A stretch of 64,000 nt of DNA, from UHGV virus genome UHGV-0326727; one strand, written 5' to 3'. The position numbers and the translations under genes were made by a program. The first letter of the stretch is position 1; each line of letters opens with the position of its first letter. This document shows, piece by piece, positions 61,098-64,000 of the stretch. Source of the stretch: a virus. The notes under the pieces are model-generated. The model was not told the origin of the DNA. It made no database searches and was given only the letters and a program-made list of their open reading frames with translations.

Positions 61098-61770
61098 TGA
61101 AGTACTGTGTCATGCTTATGACTTACATCCTCATGAGTTAGGTCTTGATTCCTGTGTATGGACCCCAGAACAGTGCAGAGATTTTGAAGATACTGCAAGA
61201 GAGGTTGTATGCTCACTTGAAGAGTTCCACACATCAGAATCAATTGTGAACGTTGTGGACAAAGAGACTGGACAATCTATAGGTGTAAGACGTGACAGTT
61301 TAGTCATAGTCAATAAAGACCTTGTAGAAAAAGGTAACCTTATCTTAGCAGACATTGATGGTGTTCTTACAAATTTTAATCACGAAGATTTCTCAACGGA
61401 ATTGATTGATGGGTCATTTTCACAGTACACTAATTTACTTGACTCTGTAAGTGCAAAGCCAACGTATGTTTTCAATATTATTGATGCAATCTCTAATCAT
61501 GCTGCCATTGGACTCTTGACAGCGAGGGGTGAATCTCAGAGAATACCTACTGAGATGTTTTTAAGGCATTACATAGAGCATGATTACATGCTTTTTATGC
61601 GTGGTTTTGGAACTAATTCTATAAGTGCAGAAAGTTTGAAAGTGAGGATGATTCAGTCTTGCATTCTGCCTTACTTTAATATAGTATGTTTTATAGAAGA
61701 TACAGAGAAGAATGTTCAGAAGGTAAACAGAATCCTTCCACACATTAAAACCATGTTAGTTAAACATTGA
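61075..61770 (+). CDS. HAD-superfamily phosphatase-like protein
   Basis: 231 aa; HAD motif I ILADIDGVLT (after ~85-aa N-terminal extension). Confidence 0.5.
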   Translation: MKKLRKSDEVLCHAYDLHPHELGLDSCVWTPEQCRDFEDTAREVVCSLEEFHTSESIVNVVDKETGQSIGVRRDSLVIVNKDLVEKGNLILADIDGVLTNFNHEDFSTELIDGSFSQYTNLLDSVSAKPTYVFNIIDAISNHAAIGLLTARGESQRIPTEMFLRHYIEHDYMLFMRGFGTNSISAESLKVRMIQSCILPYFNIVCFIEDTEKNVQKVNRILPHIKTMLVKH

Positions 61771-62246
61771 GAGAAAAACTTATGAACAATATCATTACGG
61801 TAGCACTGGACGATACGACAAACAAATCTGTAGTAGTTCGTAAAATGATTCAAGGTAACTTTGAAGGTAAAATTTTTCGTGCTGTTAATGTAAAAGCTGA
61901 TGGCAGTATTCGTGAATATCGTGCATTGTTGAATGTTAAAAAGCACGTAAAAGGTGCTGGTTCAACGACTGCACACAAAGAAAACCTGATGACTATTTAT
62001 GATATGGGTAAGGCTTCAGAGTTAGGTGCTGAAGGTATCGTTAAAGAAGGTGCTCCGTATCGCTCTTTCAATCTGGAAACTACTCTTATGCTTTCCTTTA
62101 CAAGTGGTTCTAAAACAATCACTTACCTCTTTACTGATGCTGCAACGGTATCTGCTATCAAGGATAGCACTGTCAAAGCTGGCGTAGTTGCTGCTGCAAA
62201 AGCTTCTTCGATGGCTGCAAATATCCTTGCTAAAGTCCTCGGTTAA
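61767..62246 (+). CDS. Hypothetical protein (159 aa)
   Basis: ATGA overlap; followed by terminator. Confidence 0.4.
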   Translation: MREKLMNNIITVALDDTTNKSVVVRKMIQGNFEGKIFRAVNVKADGSIREYRALLNVKKHVKGAGSTTAHKENLMTIYDMGKASELGAEGIVKEGAPYRSFNLETTLMLSFTSGSKTITYLFTDAATVSAIKDSTVKAGVVAAAKASSMAANILAKVLG

Positions 62247-62257
62247 GGTTAAGATAC

Positions 62258-62279
62258 AGGCTCCTTCGGGAGCCTTTTT
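62258..62279 (+). terminator. Rho-independent terminator (UUCG tetraloop)
   Basis: AGGCTCC-TTCG-GGAGCCT followed by TTTTT. Confidence 0.7.
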
Positions 62280-62298
62280 CATTTCAGGAGATTGTTAA

Positions 62299-62646
62299 AT
62301 GACATTTAAAGAGTTCTGTCAAGCCACTTTCATAATTGTTTTCTTAGTTGGAGCAGGTGTCTGGGGAGGATACTCTTACAGAGACTATCAAGTTGCTGAA
62401 GCTGAGCTAAATAATGAGAAACTAATAAGTGTTGCTAAAGATGCTTATCAGGAAGGTTTAGCCACACTCAGCACCAATTACAAAAATGATTTGAAAGATG
62501 TGCTTGCTAAGAATAAGCATACAAAAGAGGTACTAACATATGAAAAAACTAAGCCAGAGTTTTATAATGTTTGTGTTACTGATAATTATGTCAGGGTGTT
62601 CAACGAACAAAGTGAACAGTACATTCAAAAACTCCCAAGTAAGTGA
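62299..62646 (+). CDS. Inner-membrane spanin (Rz-like, putative)
   Basis: 115 aa; N-terminal TM helix FIIVFLVGAGVWGGY then charged coiled-coil-like region; overlapped by a lipoprotein ORF in another frame. Confidence 0.55.
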   Translation: MTFKEFCQATFIIVFLVGAGVWGGYSYRDYQVAEAELNNEKLISVAKDAYQEGLATLSTNYKNDLKDVLAKNKHTKEVLTYEKTKPEFYNVCVTDNYVRVFNEQSEQYIQKLPSK

Positions 62647-62809
62647 GAGTGACAAGTACACTCAAGAAGAGACAAGATTCATTGTCAAAGGTAATACTGG
62701 CAGTGATGTGGCAGCAGCCCTTGAGTTTTATCGTGATGGTTTTTACCAGTGCACAATAAAAGCTAATAACCTTATTGATATGATTTTATTAGGAAACAAA
62801 CAGCAATGA
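62540..62809 (+). CDS. Outer-membrane spanin lipoprotein (Rz1-like, putative), overlapping the i-spanin gene
   Basis: 89 aa; signal plus lipobox FVLLIIMSGC; starts inside 62299..62646 in a different frame (overlapped architecture). Confidence 0.55.
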   Translation: MKKLSQSFIMFVLLIIMSGCSTNKVNSTFKNSQVSESDKYTQEETRFIVKGNTGSDVAAALEFYRDGFYQCTIKANNLIDMILLGNKQQ

Positions 62810-63075
62810 CAGAGAATGAAGACACTTTCTATGTAGAAGGGTACTTACTGCTACCACGACCAAAAGAAACTTATATGCGGTTTGATTTCTCACCAACCAT
62901 TATGGATAATGTGATGTGTCATATCTTTATGCAAGGTGTCACAGCACAGCTTAAGCATGTTGGTAAAGAGTGCAAAATAAAGGTTGACACTCATCCAGAA
63001 ATCAAAGAGAATCACTACGCATGGTTCTTACCAGACTCTAAAGAAATCTTAGCAGTTCTAAAAACGAGGAAATGA
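62806..63075 (+). CDS. Hypothetical protein (89 aa)
   Basis: ATGA overlap with upstream gene. Confidence 0.35.
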   Translation: MTENEDTFYVEGYLLLPRPKETYMRFDFSPTIMDNVMCHIFMQGVTAQLKHVGKECKIKVDTHPEIKENHYAWFLPDSKEILAVLKTRK

Positions 63076-63386
63076 TTATGCAATTCCAGCCAACAAATCG
63101 TGGATTTTCTTATGCAGAATTTAAAGATGCTAAAGGAGAGATTTGTACTTTACAAGAAAGTTCATCATATGAACCATGTATCTGGTTAGGTGCTAAAGAG
63201 GTCTCTGTTCAGTACCTAGATGGTGGCTGGAAAACACTTGATATCCCAGCATTAGTAGGCAAAGATTTTGTAGGTAACCAAAGAATGAAACTCAATCAAG
63301 AACAGGTAAAAGAACTGTTGCCGTACCTCCAATACTTTGCTGAAAATGGTGAATTACCAACAGAGGAACTTACAAATGCAGATTAA
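63072..63386 (+). CDS. Hypothetical protein (104 aa)
   Basis: ATGA overlap. Confidence 0.35.
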   Translation: MIMQFQPTNRGFSYAEFKDAKGEICTLQESSSYEPCIWLGAKEVSVQYLDGGWKTLDIPALVGKDFVGNQRMKLNQEQVKELLPYLQYFAENGELPTEELTNAD

Positions 63387-63702
63387 CGGAAGAGATTTTG
63401 TAGCCGTTTACTACGAGAAAGATAAAGAAGTTGGCGTAGCACAAGTATCTTATGGTAATGGTAAGTGGTTGTATGGGACAATCGCAGTAGTCGGAACAAG
63501 AAGTGATACAAAAACTTTTAAAGACTGTGTTGACCTTCTTGAGGAATCCATCCATAATCATTGGTGTCTGATATGGATGACTGACAACGAAGTGATAGAA
63601 CGCTTCAAAAAGATTGGTATCAACATTGATAGCATTGAGCATGTTGACTTGTATGAGCTAACTGAGAAGGTAAACTATGAAAGTAATACTAGCCAGAGAT
63701 AA
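63337..63702 (+). CDS. Hypothetical protein (121 aa)
   Basis: ORF overlapping neighbours. Confidence 0.35.
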   Translation: MLKMVNYQQRNLQMQINGRDFVAVYYEKDKEVGVAQVSYGNGKWLYGTIAVVGTRSDTKTFKDCVDLLEESIHNHWCLIWMTDNEVIERFKKIGINIDSIEHVDLYELTEKVNYESNTSQR

Positions 63703-63910
63703 AAAGACCCGCAAGATTGTACGTTCAGCAGTATTCATAGGGAGAGATGAAGTCGTCCCGTTTGCAGGGGAAGATGTGCTAACTTATAAGAAGGGTTTAA
63801 AACGTAAATTCAGTGACCGTTTACGCGGCTTCATCTCTGAACCATTAGAAGATTTCAAAAGTCGCTGTGGCAAAGGCATCATCATTCAAGAGGCAATTAT
63901 TCATGGCTGA
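63677..63910 (+). CDS. Hypothetical protein (77 aa)
   Basis: ORF. Confidence 0.3.
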   Translation: MKVILARDKKTRKIVRSAVFIGRDEVVPFAGEDVLTYKKGLKRKFSDRLRGFISEPLEDFKSRCGKGIIIQEAIIHG

Positions 63911-64000
63911 TTTCTGCAAAGATTGTGCTATCGAAATGTTTGGACGTGATACAGGTGACTTAAAAGGTCTTATCACTGAAGATGACTTTAAAGCTGGCTA
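63903..64000 (+). CDS. Hypothetical protein, 5' fragment (runs off window end)
   Basis: ATG 63903 opens frame MADFCKDCAIEMFGRDTGDLKG... to window end. Confidence 0.3.
   Translation, partial: MADFCKDCAIEMFGRDTGDLKGLITEDDFKAG

Overview
This window reads as a large segment of a virulent, tailed (myovirus-type) phage genome of roughly 40% GC, with tight gene packing, overlapping start/stop codons and many hairpin plus T-run terminators. From sequence alone I cannot name the phage; the gene content (tRNA cluster, thyA/folA, aerobic and anaerobic RNR, NAMPT plus Prs, rII-like pair, several homing endonucleases) resembles Felix-O1-type myoviruses, but that is inference, not a database result. No integrase or lysogeny module was seen.

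Layout:
- 1-130: end of a tRNA cluster, including a clear tRNA-Cys(GCA).
- 0.35-24 kb, + strand: packaging and morphogenesis operon (large terminase, portal, protease-scaffold fusion, major capsid, sheath, tube, frameshifted chaperone pair, tape measure, baseplate, two His-rich tail fibres).
- 24.1-35.3 kb, - strand: early/DNA-metabolism block (thymidylate synthase, DHFR, ATP-dependent ligase, family-A DNA polymerase, HNH-AP2 homing endonuclease, many small proteins).
- 35.5-64 kb, + strand: replication and nucleotide metabolism (dNMP kinase, primase-helicase, SSB-like, FEN-like exonuclease, GIY-YIG nuclease, MazG-like, NrdA/B, glutaredoxin, NrdD/G, Prs-like plus NAMPT-like pair, rIIA/rIIB-like pair) and a split lysis cassette (signal-peptide lytic transglycosylase, overlapped spanins).

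Most worth a second look:
- Two modular, strand-biased repeat arrays (27.7-27.96 kb and 29.1-29.4 kb) that bracket a two-gene cassette of unknown function. This is the best candidate for something undescribed, but its function is not established.
- The adjacent Prs-like/NAMPT-like pair, which matches the architecture of the recently described phage NAD+ reconstitution (NARP1-type) counter-defence.
- A duplicated small-protein family, a recurring CTTGACAAGGTG / TTTTAAAAAG intergenic motif set, and a -1 frameshift site in the tail chaperone genes.

All functional calls rest on motifs I could read directly plus gene order; no searches were run.
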